Virus genome (UHGV): UHGV-2105699
Strand: one strand, 5' to 3'
Source: a virus
Length of the DNA: 46,955 bases
Made by a program: the position numbers and the translations under genes. Below the pieces are notes generated by a model, which was not told the origin of the DNA, did no database searches, and worked only from the letters and a program-made list of their open reading frames with translations. Below, piece by piece: positions 1 to 7,962 of the stretch (positions are counted from its first letter, which is position 1; every line of letters begins with the position of its first letter).

Positions 1-998
1 ATGCTGCTATTGTCCGTTATATTCCGGCGTGGGAAGAGCAGCTTCGCGTCAGTGAGTGGGAAAATGACGAAGCCAGCGAGGACTATGGTCAGCCGAAGAT
101 GTACGAATATCAGGAGTCGGTAGTCGGCGCCTGCAACAGCGACGGAAAACCAACGCGCTCCCTGAGCATTCATCCCGATCGCATTATCGTATTTGCCGAG
201 GGCGCGATGGATGGCTCCATTTACTCTGGCGTTCCACTCCTGCGTGCCGGGTATAACCACCTCATCGACATGGCGAAAGTCACCGGCTCAAGCGCTGAGG
301 GCTTCCTGAAGAATGCAAGCCGACAGCTCAACGTTAATTATAATAAAGACAACGTTTCCGCTCAGTCTCTGGCTCAGCAAATGGGCGTGCCGCTGGAAGA
401 GCTGGCAGATGTGCTCAATGAGGATGTGGCGCGCCTGAATGAGGCCATTGACGCGGCAATGTTCACGATGGGCGCTGATGTCAAGGTGCTCTCAGTGACA
501 CCAGCCGACCCAGGGCCAACGTGGACCATTGCGGCCAACCAGTTTGCGGCATCCATCAAGAAGCCATTCACCATCCTGTTTGGTCAGCAGACTGGCCGCC
601 TTGCATCCGATGAGGATAAAACCGACGACGCTATGAGTGCCAAGCAGCGCCGTGAGGACTGGCTGGACTACATCATTTCGGTGTTCATCGACCGGATGAT
701 TTCCTTTGGCATTCTGGATAAGGCGCCAGAGAGCGGTTATTACTGCAAATGGGACGACCTGCTTGCACCTTCCGAGCTGAACAAGGCCGACCTGCTGGTT
801 AAACTTGCCACTGCAAATAAATCTGTATTCGACGCAGGTCAGATGGCCCTGATGACCGCAGATGAGATGCGTGGCATTGTTGGTATGGAACCTCTGGAAG
901 AGCAGCTTCCTGACGGATTACAGGAAGGCCAGCAGCAGGACCAGCAATCGCAGCAGGACCAACAGCAGGACCAGACCGATGCGCCTCCTCAAAATTAA
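1..998 (+). CDS. portal protein, C-terminal portion (reading frame open from window position 1; continues the ORF that runs off the 3' end of the window)
   Basis: Frame 3 is open from nt 3 with no stop; ORF-track protein 99..998 lies in this frame. Position immediately upstream of the head-morphogenesis gene and downstream (circularly) of terminase. Frame continuity with 46505..46955: 451 nt + 998 nt = 1449 nt = 483 codons. Confidence 0.55.
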   Translation, partial: AAIVRYIPAWEEQLRVSEWENDEASEDYGQPKMYEYQESVVGACNSDGKPTRSLSIHPDRIIVFAEGAMDGSIYSGVPLLRAGYNHLIDMAKVTGSSAEGFLKNASRQLNVNYNKDNVSAQSLAQQMGVPLEELADVLNEDVARLNEAIDAAMFTMGADVKVLSVTPADPGPTWTIAANQFAASIKKPFTILFGQQTGRLASDEDKTDDAMSAKQRREDWLDYIISVFIDRMISFGILDKAPESGYYCKWDDLLAPSELNKADLLVKLATANKSVFDAGQMALMTADEMRGIVGMEPLEEQLPDGLQEGQQQDQQSQQDQQQDQTDAPPQN

Positions 999-1026
999 TG
1001 CCCGGCTTCCGCAGCCAAAATTAAGC

Positions 1027-1923
1027 ATGAGCCTGACAGACCCACTCGGCGCAGTGGGTCGCGTTAATAAGATGGTGCGCGATGTTGACGCCAGATATGT
1101 GACGCTAAAATCGCAGGTTGCCGGGCTGTTCCGCACGATTCCTGTGGCGACCGGCAATGCTGAGGCTGGAAATTATTATTATGATTTCTCTGCCTACCGC
1201 GCATCGACATTCTTTGATGAACTTCAGCGCATTCTTGATGACCAGCTACTGGAAGGAGATGATTTCACGCATGGAAGATTGTGGGCATCATCCTACGTGA
1301 GCGACGCCATGTATGCTGGCACGCAGAAGGCAAACTCAGACCTTGGCGACCTGTCGTCGGCATACAAAGACAGCAGGCCGCTTGCTGAAATCCTGTACTC
1401 TCAGCCGTATCTCGACAGGCTTCAGCTTGCGTACACGCGCACATATAACGATTGGGGTGGCCTTTCAGATTACACGCGGCAACAGGTGGCGGAAGTCATC
1501 ACTGCTGGTATTGCAAATGGCGACGCTCCTGGAGTGGTTGAGCAAAACATCGTTAATCGCATGGACGTGTCAAGGAGCTATGCGCGGTCAATCGCTCAGA
1601 CTGAAATTACCAACACCCTGCGTGAGGCTAACAGGCGCGAGGTGAAGGAGGCGCAGGTTACGCTGGGTATGGATACCATTATGCTCTGGCAGTCGGCGCT
1701 TATGAAGACCACCCGCGTCACTCATGCCGCGCGTCATGGGAAGTATTACACCCCGGAAGAGATTGATGAGTTCTACAGCGAAGGAGCAAACCGCAGGAAT
1801 TGTCACTGCGCGCAGACTCCGGCGCTGGTGATGGATGGCAAGCCGGTTATACTTGAGAAGACGCAAGAAAGACTCGATAAGCAGCGCGAAGCGTGGCAGG
1901 ATACACACAAGAAAGCCGCCTGA
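1027..1923 (+). CDS. head morphogenesis / minor head protein (SPP1 gp7 / Mu F-like family by position and size)
   Basis: ORF open 862..1923; start chosen at ATG 1027 (MSLTDPLG) to avoid a 137-nt out-of-frame overlap with the portal ORF. Immediately follows the portal, as in many siphoviruses. Confidence 0.45.
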   Translation: MSLTDPLGAVGRVNKMVRDVDARYVTLKSQVAGLFRTIPVATGNAEAGNYYYDFSAYRASTFFDELQRILDDQLLEGDDFTHGRLWASSYVSDAMYAGTQKANSDLGDLSSAYKDSRPLAEILYSQPYLDRLQLAYTRTYNDWGGLSDYTRQQVAEVITAGIANGDAPGVVEQNIVNRMDVSRSYARSIAQTEITNTLREANRREVKEAQVTLGMDTIMLWQSALMKTTRVTHAARHGKYYTPEEIDEFYSEGANRRNCHCAQTPALVMDGKPVILEKTQERLDKQREAWQDTHKKAA

Positions 1924-1936
1924 TGGCGGCTTATGC

Positions 1937-2128
1937 TTATCTTTTTCTTGTAGCGGCCTTTAAAAGTAAATAAGGCCACGCAAGGCTTGAGGGGATCATG
2001 ATAATAAAAACCAATAGCGCACGATATAATCCATCAATTGATTTTATTAAATCTTTCACACTCATATAAATACCTGGAAAATCAATCACGCAGCCAATAA
2101 AAACATACAGAAAAACCAAATAAATCAT
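1937..2128 (-). CDS. small membrane protein (2 predicted TM helices), hypothetical
   Basis: 63-aa ORF with hydrophobic stretches LVFLYVFIGCVIDFPGIY and LLVFIIMIPSSLAWPYLLL; start overlaps stop of upstream gene 2130..2927 (translational coupling). Confidence 0.4.
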   Translation of the reverse strand: MIYLVFLYVFIGCVIDFPGIYMSVKDLIKSIDGLYRALLVFIIMIPSSLAWPYLLLKAATRKR

Positions 2129-2129
2129 A

Positions 2130-2927
2130 TCAATCCTCCAGCTTAATGCCAGGAACTTTTCCAGCGGCGATGAGGTCGTAAATTTCCTCAGCAGCAGCCT
2201 GACACCATCCTGTTAACATAATTGCTTTCACCGCCTCATCTCGCTTCCGATCGGCTTCTGAGCGGATGGGGCGGGTAGGGCGGAATGTGACGTCGCCAAT
2301 GTTATAGGCATCCTCCCTGCCGCTTTCTTTCAACTTAACTACAACAATTTGACCGCTTGCGAAGAGTATTTTGCATGACTGCCATTCATCGCCAGCCCAT
2401 GAGCGTTCGCACACGCAACCAACTGGAGGTGTCACGCCTTCTCCATTCCAAACCGGCGCAGCATCCTGGCCGATGCACTCATTCAGGTCAGCTTCGTCAT
2501 CAGCTTTGGCCTGCTCTGCTTTCTGCGGATGGTGCATGCGGTAGGCGATGATGTCGCCGTCGTCGTCTTCGTGGCTCAATGGAAAATAGCAAGCTTGTCT
2601 ATTATTGATATGGCCAGGAAGCGGATTGCGGTATTTGACTTCAACAACCGTGTCACCACTTACCGGGCAATCCCCACCACCCCACTCAATCCATCCGTCA
2701 TCCTTGGCAGCCAGCGCGGCTTCGTACTGTTCGCGGGTGATTTTCGTGCCGCTCTTACCATGCTTGCGATGGTCAGCAGCAAGTTGATCAAGGAAGATTC
2801 CAGACCTAACATTTCCTCGACCGTAAAACATAAGTTCACGGTCGTAATCCTGTCCGATATGCGTAACCTTTTCAGGCCAACCACCAATCGCCGGTAACGC
2901 CTGAACCAACAAATCAATCGTTTTCAT
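2130..2927 (-). CDS. hypothetical protein (265 aa)
   Basis: Long ORF with good SD (GGAGATAAGAAATG) on minus strand; no recognisable motif. Confidence 0.5.
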   Translation of the reverse strand: MKTIDLLVQALPAIGGWPEKVTHIGQDYDRELMFYGRGNVRSGIFLDQLAADHRKHGKSGTKITREQYEAALAAKDDGWIEWGGGDCPVSGDTVVEVKYRNPLPGHINNRQACYFPLSHEDDDGDIIAYRMHHPQKAEQAKADDEADLNECIGQDAAPVWNGEGVTPPVGCVCERSWAGDEWQSCKILFASGQIVVVKLKESGREDAYNIGDVTFRPTRPIRSEADRKRDEAVKAIMLTGWCQAAAEEIYDLIAAGKVPGIKLED

Positions 2928-3040
2928 TTCTTATCTCCGTTATAAATGCTCTTCAGTTCACCCATCACATTCAGCCATGCTGCATGCTCATCCATGCCGC
3001 GCATCACCAGCTTAACGTAGCGATTGCGGGCCTTAAACAT
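2924..3040 (-). CDS. possible small ORF (37 aa, MFKARNRYVKLVMRGMDEHAAWLNVMGELKSIYNGDKK)
   Basis: ATG at 3040..3038; stop TGA overlaps ATG of 2130..2927 (ATGA coupling). Weak SD; below ORF-track cutoff. Confidence 0.25.
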   Translation of the reverse strand: MFKARNRYVKLVMRGMDEHAAWLNVMGELKSIYNGDKK

Positions 3041-3054
3041 CAGTAGCGGGCACA

Positions 3055-3345
3055 TTATTTGTCGCCCATCGTTGACAGGCAGACTTCACGGGCGACAGCG
3101 GCCACTTCTTTCGGTGTCTTGTCTGTCATTTTGTATGCCCCATCAACGATGGCCTTGCTGAGTTGGTTAAATTCAGCGCTATACTGGCCTCCAGAAGAAA
3201 CCATCAGCGCGATCTGCTTTGATACGCCAGCATCACGGGCTTCTGCTGCCGCTTCACCGAACTCACCAACTGCATTGCAAAACTCGCCAGCCGACGCACC
3301 AAATGAAGCCATTGCGAATACTGCTGCTGCGATTAATTTTTTCAT
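3055..3345 (-). CDS. small secreted protein with Sec signal peptide (MKKLIAAAVFAMASFGASA|GEF), hypothetical
   Basis: N-terminal n-h-c signal peptide with AxA cleavage site; SD GGAGAG upstream; first gene of leftward cassette 3345->1937. Confidence 0.55.
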   Translation of the reverse strand: MKKLIAAAVFAMASFGASAGEFCNAVGEFGEAAAEARDAGVSKQIALMVSSGGQYSAEFNQLSKAIVDGAYKMTDKTPKEVAAVAREVCLSTMGDK

Positions 3346-3364
3346 TTTTTACTCTCCTGTGTTT

Positions 3365-3421
3365 GTGTATCTACATCATCGCTTGCGATTCAATCTACGT
3401 CAATAGGATTATGATAAAATA
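3365..3421. promoter_or_regulatory. divergent promoter region with tandem ATCTACRTCA motifs (3368-3377, 3393-3403) and extended -10-like TGATAAAAT (3412-3420) upstream of endolysin
   Basis: Motif copies tcaatctacgtcaa and tatctacatca; read leftward gives TTGACG-N17-GATGAT. Rightward TG-n-TAAAAT sits 25 nt before ATG 3445. Confidence 0.4.
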
Positions 3422-3444
3422 ATCTGCATCACCGGAGGTAACAA

Positions 3445-3879
3445 ATGAAACTATCGCAACGCGGCATTGATTTAATTAAACAATTCGAGGGTTACAGCTC
3501 GAAGGCATATCCAGACCCAGCCACTGGCGGAGCGCCGTGGACTATCGGTTACGGTACAACCAAAGGCGTTAAGCCAGGCATGGTTATCACCGCACAGCAA
3601 GCGGAAAAGATGCTGCGTGACGACGTAGCGAAATTTGAAAGCGGCGTCTCGTCACTCATCACCGCCCCAACAACTCAGGGCCAGTTTGATGCAATGGTGT
3701 CGCTGGCCTATAACATCGGGCTTGGTAACTTTGGCAAATCAACTCTGCTGAAAAAGCATAACGCCCGCTGCTACACCTGCGCCGCCGACCAGTTCCGGGT
3801 GTGGAATCGTGCTAATGGCAAGGTCATGAACGGACTCACCAAGCGCCGCGCCGCTGAACGTCAGGTCTACATGTCATGA
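3445..3879 (+). CDS. endolysin, T4-lysozyme-like (glycoside hydrolase family 24)
   Basis: Catalytic triad spacing E..8 aa..D..5 aa..T in FEGYSSKAYPDPATGGAPWTIGYGTT; SD GGAGGT upstream. Confidence 0.9.
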   Translation: MKLSQRGIDLIKQFEGYSSKAYPDPATGGAPWTIGYGTTKGVKPGMVITAQQAEKMLRDDVAKFESGVSSLITAPTTQGQFDAMVSLAYNIGLGNFGKSTLLKKHNARCYTCAADQFRVWNRANGKVMNGLTKRRAAERQVYMS

Positions 3880-4109
3880 AGCGCCTAAGCAACTGGCTTA
3901 TCGGCATTTGGGCGTCATTCTGCTCGCTGATTCAGCTGTGGCCTGATGCTATGGTTCATGTGTGGGCTTTCATGCCTGAAGACTTAAAGTCTGCCATTCC
4001 GCCGATTGCGGTCAAGGCGATCAGCTACAGCATCCTTCTTGCCTCGCTGTTTGGGAAAATGCACGGCATGAAGAAAGAGATTAAGGCGCTGAAAAATGAC
4101 CAGAATTAA
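3876..4109 (+). CDS. putative holin / small membrane protein (2 TM)
   Basis: 77 aa, hydrophobic segments NWLIGIWASFCSLIQLW and IAVKAISYSILLASLFG, charged C-terminus; start overlaps endolysin stop (ATGA); lies between endolysin and spanins. Confidence 0.4.
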   Translation: MKRLSNWLIGIWASFCSLIQLWPDAMVHVWAFMPEDLKSAIPPIAVKAISYSILLASLFGKMHGMKKEIKALKNDQN

Positions 4110-4476
4110 GTTAATTCTAATCGCCATAGGCGTCGCGGTAATCATTGCTGTATCTGGTTATGGCGCTGGATACCTGAAAGGATGGTATGCGCACAGCGAA
4201 AAGGTTAATCGTGACGCAGAAAAGCGCAGGCAGGCGGCGCAAAGCAAGCAGGCTAAGTCCACGACGCAATCTCAGCAAGTGCGCGCTGTGACTGAAACCA
4301 AATACAAAACCATTTACCGCGACGTGGTGAAATATGTCTCCGACCCGAATCGTAATGTGTGTGTTTTTGATGACAACTATCAGCGGTTGCGCCAACAATC
4401 CCTCGACGCCGACGCCTCCATCGGCAGAGATGCTGGGTCAGGTGTGCGAATTGTCGAAAGTGGCGCCAAAAAATAG
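4096..4476 (+). CDS. i-spanin (Rz-like): N-terminal TM anchor plus periplasmic coiled coil
   Basis: MTRIKLILIAIGVAVIIAVSGYGAGY TM segment followed by charged helical region (RDAEKRRQAAQSKQAKS...). Confidence 0.65.
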   Translation: MTRIKLILIAIGVAVIIAVSGYGAGYLKGWYAHSEKVNRDAEKRRQAAQSKQAKSTTQSQQVRAVTETKYKTIYRDVVKYVSDPNRNVCVFDDNYQRLRQQSLDADASIGRDAGSGVRIVESGAKK

Positions 4477-4579
4477 CGACGAAAGTATCGTTATGGAGAA
4501 CCAGAACACGGAGTGCGCCACAAAAAGAAAGATGACGATTTACGACTGGCAGGATTGGTATCGTGATAACTTCCAATAA
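4334..4579 (+). CDS. o-spanin (Rz1-like outer-membrane lipoprotein), embedded out of frame in and extending beyond the i-spanin gene
   Basis: Lipoprotein signal with lipobox ISG|C (MSPTRIVMCVFLMTTISGC), Pro-rich mature N-terminus (ANNPSTPTPPS); starts inside Rz in another frame. Confidence 0.65.
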   Translation: MSPTRIVMCVFLMTTISGCANNPSTPTPPSAEMLGQVCELSKVAPKNSDESIVMENQNTECATKRKMTIYDWQDWYRDNFQ

Positions 4580-4581
4580 AA

Positions 4582-4606
4582 AAGCCCCTTTCGGGGCTTT
4601 TCTTTA
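4582..4606 (+). terminator. rho-independent terminator after lysis cassette
   Basis: GCCCC-tttc-GGGGC hairpin followed by TTTTCTTT. Confidence 0.7.
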
Positions 4607-4625
4607 ACCTTCTCCGTAGCCAATG

Positions 4626-4841
4626 TCACGCATAAAGCGCCTCCATTTTGTACCCAAACATTACTGCGTTCTGATGCTCAACACTACCAGCAAACGCCAG
4701 ATATCGGCGCCCACGATTGCTGGTGATGATGTATGCTGCTGGTTCTTCAAACCTCGGAGTGTGATAATCGCGCCGGGCAGGTTCGTGGAACTCCACCGTG
4801 TCAATTTCGATGCGTGGCACGGGGTTTTGTATTGGCATCAC
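4626..4841 (-). CDS. hypothetical protein (71 aa), last gene of leftward cassette
   Basis: Start overlaps stop of 4838..5311; competing + ORF 4623..4883 judged less likely because a leftward operon of overlapping genes runs 5961->4626. Confidence 0.35.
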   Translation of the reverse strand: MMPIQNPVPRIEIDTVEFHEPARRDYHTPRFEEPAAYIITSNRGRRYLAFAGSVEHQNAVMFGYKMEALYA

Positions 4842-5311
4842 TTTACCTCCCCATTCAGTTCATTAACAATTAATGTTGCATAGCCAGCAATGTCTTTCCA
4901 GCTATCGTCATATGTCGGGTCGCCATTCAGGATTCGACCGATTTTATGCTGAATCATGTCGAGCGCCTCCTTCTGGCTCGCCGTCAGGTTATTCCATCCG
5001 TCAACGTCGCGCATGGTGTCTTTCAGTGACTGCATGATATCGGCGCCGTCTTTGAATTTGCCATAGCGGCTGCCGCGCTCGGTGATGAGGGCTTCTGTGG
5101 AGCTGGTGCGCCCATTCAAGTCATCATCAGTTACTGGCTCACGATGCGCGACAACAATATCGCCAGCCTTTTCGATATCCTTATCTCGACCTGCATAATC
5201 CGCGCTGAGGTAGTATATTTTGCCACTGGTTGCTGATTTCACAACAAGAACGGCATCTTCATGACCATTAAAATAATCAGCACTTCCCTTCAGGTATTTG
5301 TATTTCATCAC
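4838..5311 (-). CDS. hypothetical protein (157 aa)
   Basis: Coupled ORF in leftward operon; no firm motif (EALITERGSRYGKFKD region noted, unassigned). Confidence 0.5.
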   Translation of the reverse strand: MMKYKYLKGSADYFNGHEDAVLVVKSATSGKIYYLSADYAGRDKDIEKAGDIVVAHREPVTDDDLNGRTSSTEALITERGSRYGKFKDGADIMQSLKDTMRDVDGWNNLTASQKEALDMIQHKIGRILNGDPTYDDSWKDIAGYATLIVNELNGEVK

Positions 5312-5505
5312 TCATTCACCCCACTCTCTTCAATTATTTTAATTTCAATCTGAGCAACGCGAGCATCAGGCCCATTGTCACACTCAATCAGATGCGCCCA
5401 TGCGTCGATGCGGTTGTTGAACACCCGGAAGCTGACGCCATGCTTTTCCTTGTCGGTCATAGCACTCACTCCACTATTATCAAGGACTATGAACTTCATC
5501 ATCAC
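5308..5505 (-). CDS. hypothetical protein (65 aa)
   Basis: Overlapping start/stop in leftward operon. Confidence 0.45.
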   Translation of the reverse strand: MMMKFIVLDNSGVSAMTDKEKHGVSFRVFNNRIDAWAHLIECDNGPDARVAQIEIKIIEESGVNE

Positions 5506-5539
5506 TTCACCTCCGATCTTTTATGGCGCTTGCATACAC

Positions 5540-5764
5540 TTATCGCCAGTTGCTCTCGTCTGCAATTTCTTTAATGAAAAACGCTAAATCACTCAGTTGC
5601 TCCATCTGAATCCTGCTAATCACTCTTCCGTATCTGTATTTGTTGCCATTCGCTACCCACTCCCACACTAACGTTAATGAGCAGTTAGATGTATCGAATT
5701 GATAAAAGAATGCCTTATCTTCCTTCCAGCATGAATCAAAAATAGTGCTGTCTATAATCATCAC
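5540..5764 (-). CDS. hypothetical protein (74 aa)
   Basis: Leftward operon member. Confidence 0.45.
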   Translation of the reverse strand: MMIIDSTIFDSCWKEDKAFFYQFDTSNCSLTLVWEWVANGNKYRYGRVISRIQMEQLSDLAFFIKEIADESNWR

Positions 5765-5961
5765 TCCACCCTCAATGTAACTTTGTTTTTCTCATCCACG
5801 CTGAAGTGTTCACGCACAAACGCATACATTTCTTCAGCGCTCCATTCCCGCATTGCTACATAGCAATGCGCGTAATATCTGACATCTCGCAGGCTTAACG
5901 GCTGGCGCTTAGCGATAATCTCAGTCAATACTTCCAGTGGTTCTTTGCGTTGTCTCGCCAT
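5761..5961 (-). CDS. hypothetical protein (66 aa), first gene of leftward operon
   Basis: SD CAGGAGAG upstream; preceded by motif site at 5986-6003. Confidence 0.45.
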   Translation of the reverse strand: MARQRKEPLEVLTEIIAKRQPLSLRDVRYYAHCYVAMREWSAEEMYAFVREHFSVDEKNKVTLRVE

Positions 5962-5984
5962 TGTCGCTCTCCTGTGAAAATCAT

Positions 5985-6036
5985 CTTGACGAATCTACGT
6001 CAATTAGTCAATACTAGATGCTGTAGATTATAACAT
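5985..6036. promoter_or_regulatory. divergent regulatory region: palindromic cTTGACGaatctaCGTCAAt (5985-6004) plus inverted partial copy ctgTAGATT and TATAAC -10 (6029-6034) upstream of HNH gene
   Basis: TTGACG at 5986-5991 and CGTCAA at 5998-6003 form an inverted repeat around the conserved AATCTA core. Confidence 0.4.
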
Positions 6037-6051
6037 CTTAATGCGAGTGAC

Positions 6052-6573
6052 GTGGATATGAACTTTATTGACTTGTTTGTTTACGAAAACGGCAAGCTTT
6101 ACTGGAAGGTTAAGCCGTCAAACAACGTAAAGGCTGGCGCAAGGATTGGGTGCCTGGAGCCAACGACAGGTTATCGAAAGGTAAAAGTAAAATACACCCA
6201 GACATATGAGCACAGGATTGTTTGGGAGCTATTTAACGGACCAATACCGGAAGACATGGAAATTGATCACATCAACCACATCAGGGATGACAACCGAATA
6301 GAGAATCTGAGGCTTGTTAACAGGAGAGAAAACACGAGAAACAGTTCAATCAGGAGTGACAACACCAGTGGTGTTGTTGGTGTTTGTTTTGATAAAAAGT
6401 GCGGCAAGTGGTACGCGCAAATAGTCTTAAACGGAACAAGGCTGCACTTAGGTCGCTTTTCAGAAAAGAGCGAAGCAATAAAGGCCAGACTTGAAGCTGA
6501 AATGAAATATGGTTTCCATGAAAACCATGGAATCAATAGGCCAAAAAGAATGATAAAAGGTGGTGTGGAATGA
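6052..6573 (+). CDS. HNH homing endonuclease with C-terminal AP2 DNA-binding domain (copy 1 of 3)
   Basis: HNH core EHRIVWELFNG...IDHINHIRDDNRIENLRLVNRREN; AP2-like SGVVGVCFDKKCGKWYAQIVLNGTRLHLGRFSEKSEAIKARLEAE. Confidence 0.8.
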   Translation: MDMNFIDLFVYENGKLYWKVKPSNNVKAGARIGCLEPTTGYRKVKVKYTQTYEHRIVWELFNGPIPEDMEIDHINHIRDDNRIENLRLVNRRENTRNSSIRSDNTSGVVGVCFDKKCGKWYAQIVLNGTRLHLGRFSEKSEAIKARLEAEMKYGFHENHGINRPKRMIKGGVE

Positions 6574-6785
6574 AGAAGTGGCAGGAGGTGACAGAGGTTC
6601 ATAAGCGCGATTGCCGGGAGACTCTGCAAATGCTTAATGTGCCGGAGTCAATCATTAAATCTATCGAGCAGCGCATTGACCTCGCTGCTATGGAGGCCGC
6701 CCATGAAGCCGAGGAAGCGCAAATGTTGTCATGGATGGACAGAACTCTACCGGGCGTTTTACGTCGTGGTAAGACTACCGATTGA
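6570..6785 (+). CDS. hypothetical protein (71 aa)
   Basis: Start overlaps HNH stop (ATGA). An overlapping alternative ORF 6637..6879 exists; not resolved. Confidence 0.3.
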   Translation: MKKWQEVTEVHKRDCRETLQMLNVPESIIKSIEQRIDLAAMEAAHEAEEAQMLSWMDRTLPGVLRRGKTTD

Positions 6786-6868
6786 AGATGATGACGGGTA
6801 TCTGCACAACCATAGTCAGGTGCTCAAATATTATGGCGTTCACTATAAAGTGCTGATGGAGAGAAAAA

Positions 6869-7060
6869 ATGACTACTGATCAGGTGTACGAAAAAGAATT
6901 GCTGAACAAGCTGGAAGAACTTGATCGCACTCGCGCGTGGGTTGAAAGCGAATTGCGCGAGGTTCGCAACCGTATGCAACGGCAGGTTAACCGCGAAATT
7001 ATCGAATGGCGCGAAGGGCGTCCGCATTTCAGCAACATTGGTGAATGGGTGGCGAAATGA
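6869..7060 (+). CDS. hypothetical coiled-coil protein (63 aa)
   Basis: SD GGAGAGAAAAAATG; helical heptad-like sequence. Confidence 0.5.
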   Translation: MTTDQVYEKELLNKLEELDRTRAWVESELREVRNRMQRQVNREIIEWREGRPHFSNIGEWVAK

Positions 7061-7269
7061 GCAAGGCCAGCACGTTGCTTCAGTTAATCATGGCTGACAT
7101 CAGAGAGAGTAATGCAAGGTGCGACCGGAAGAAAAACCAGCCGGACCGCAGAACGTTGAAGCAAATGCTGCATCCCAAGCAAAAGCGACGTTATCGCAGG
7201 GATAGGGTTTTGCGTAAACTTTGTGATATCCAGATGAAATTTTTTATTACTAATGGGCTGAAAAAATGA
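7057..7269 (+). CDS. hypothetical basic protein (70 aa)
   Basis: ATG 7057 overlaps upstream stop (ATGA); Arg/Lys-rich. Confidence 0.4.
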   Translation: MSKASTLLQLIMADIRESNARCDRKKNQPDRRTLKQMLHPKQKRRYRRDRVLRKLCDIQMKFFITNGLKK

Positions 7270-7502
7270 AACCAATGATGAATGATGATGGGCTGCTTGA
7301 ATGCCCGTTTTGCGGTAGCAATGAAGCATACAAAGATAACAGTTACGGTGGGTACTACGTTGCCTGCCCTCAGTGCGGCTGCGGAACTGATGGGCGCTTT
7401 AAACTATCATTGGTCGTGAAGTTATGGAACACCAGGAACGGCCACCTCTACACCGCTGACGACTACAAACAGGATGCAATGGAGCGCGCAAATGGACTTT
7501 AA
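7266..7502 (+). CDS. zinc-ribbon protein, Lar-family restriction-alleviation-like
   Basis: LECPFCGS...ACPQCGCG: two CxxC pairs with the CPFCG signature typical of Lar-family small proteins. Confidence 0.5.
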   Translation: MKPMMNDDGLLECPFCGSNEAYKDNSYGGYYVACPQCGCGTDGRFKLSLVVKLWNTRNGHLYTADDYKQDAMERANGL

Positions 7503-7962
7503 AACGCAAATACTCACGGTGATAGAGCGCTGTGGTGGCGCAACCAATGCCATGATACGCAAGCAGACTGGCATGACAAACCGTGCCAGCGTTACCGGCT
7601 ATCTGATTGAGCTGGAGGGTATGGGATTTATTATTAAAGAGGAAAGCGTCAGCCATGGCAGGCGCTGCTTTAAATATTTCCTCAATCCCGATAATACTGC
7701 GCTTGACATGGCAATTCAGACGTACCTTGAGGCTAATCCTGGACGCAAGAGTAAGCAGATAGCGGAGGCTGTCGGCGTCAATTACACCATCCTCAAGGCA
7801 CGCATGCGCTATCTGGCAAGCATTGGTCAGGTTGACCGTGAAATGCTTCCTGGCGGAGCGTGGAAATATTACTGGCAGGAGATTATCCCGTTTGGCATGA
7901 GCCGTGACAGGATGATGTTTGAGAAGCTGCTTGCCGGGGCGCGCCAGTCATGTGGGCGGTAA
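7492..7962 (+). CDS. putative DNA-binding protein with two winged-helix-like segments
   Basis: Start taken at MDFKTQ (7492). Helix-turn-helix-like stretches ILTVIERCGGATNAMIRKQTGMT and KSKQIAEAVGVNYTILKARMRYL. Confidence 0.4.
   Translation: MDFKTQILTVIERCGGATNAMIRKQTGMTNRASVTGYLIELEGMGFIIKEESVSHGRRCFKYFLNPDNTALDMAIQTYLEANPGRKSKQIAEAVGVNYTILKARMRYLASIGQVDREMLPGGAWKYYWQEIIPFGMSRDRMMFEKLLAGARQSCGR

Noticed and set aside
862-1026. Upstream extension of the head-morphogenesis ORF to ATG 862
   Set aside because: Would overlap the portal ORF by 137 nt in another frame; translation of that part ([16 protein letters not shown]...[14 protein letters not shown]) looks non-protein-like.
6637-6879. 80-aa ORF overlapping 6570..6785 and 6869..7060
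   Set aside because: N-terminal half is low-complexity (MCRSQSLNLSSSALTSLLWRPPMKPRKRKCC); only the C-terminal ~35 aa look protein-like and lack an evident start/SD, so the overlapping neighbours were preferred. A short GTG-initiated gene here cannot be excluded.
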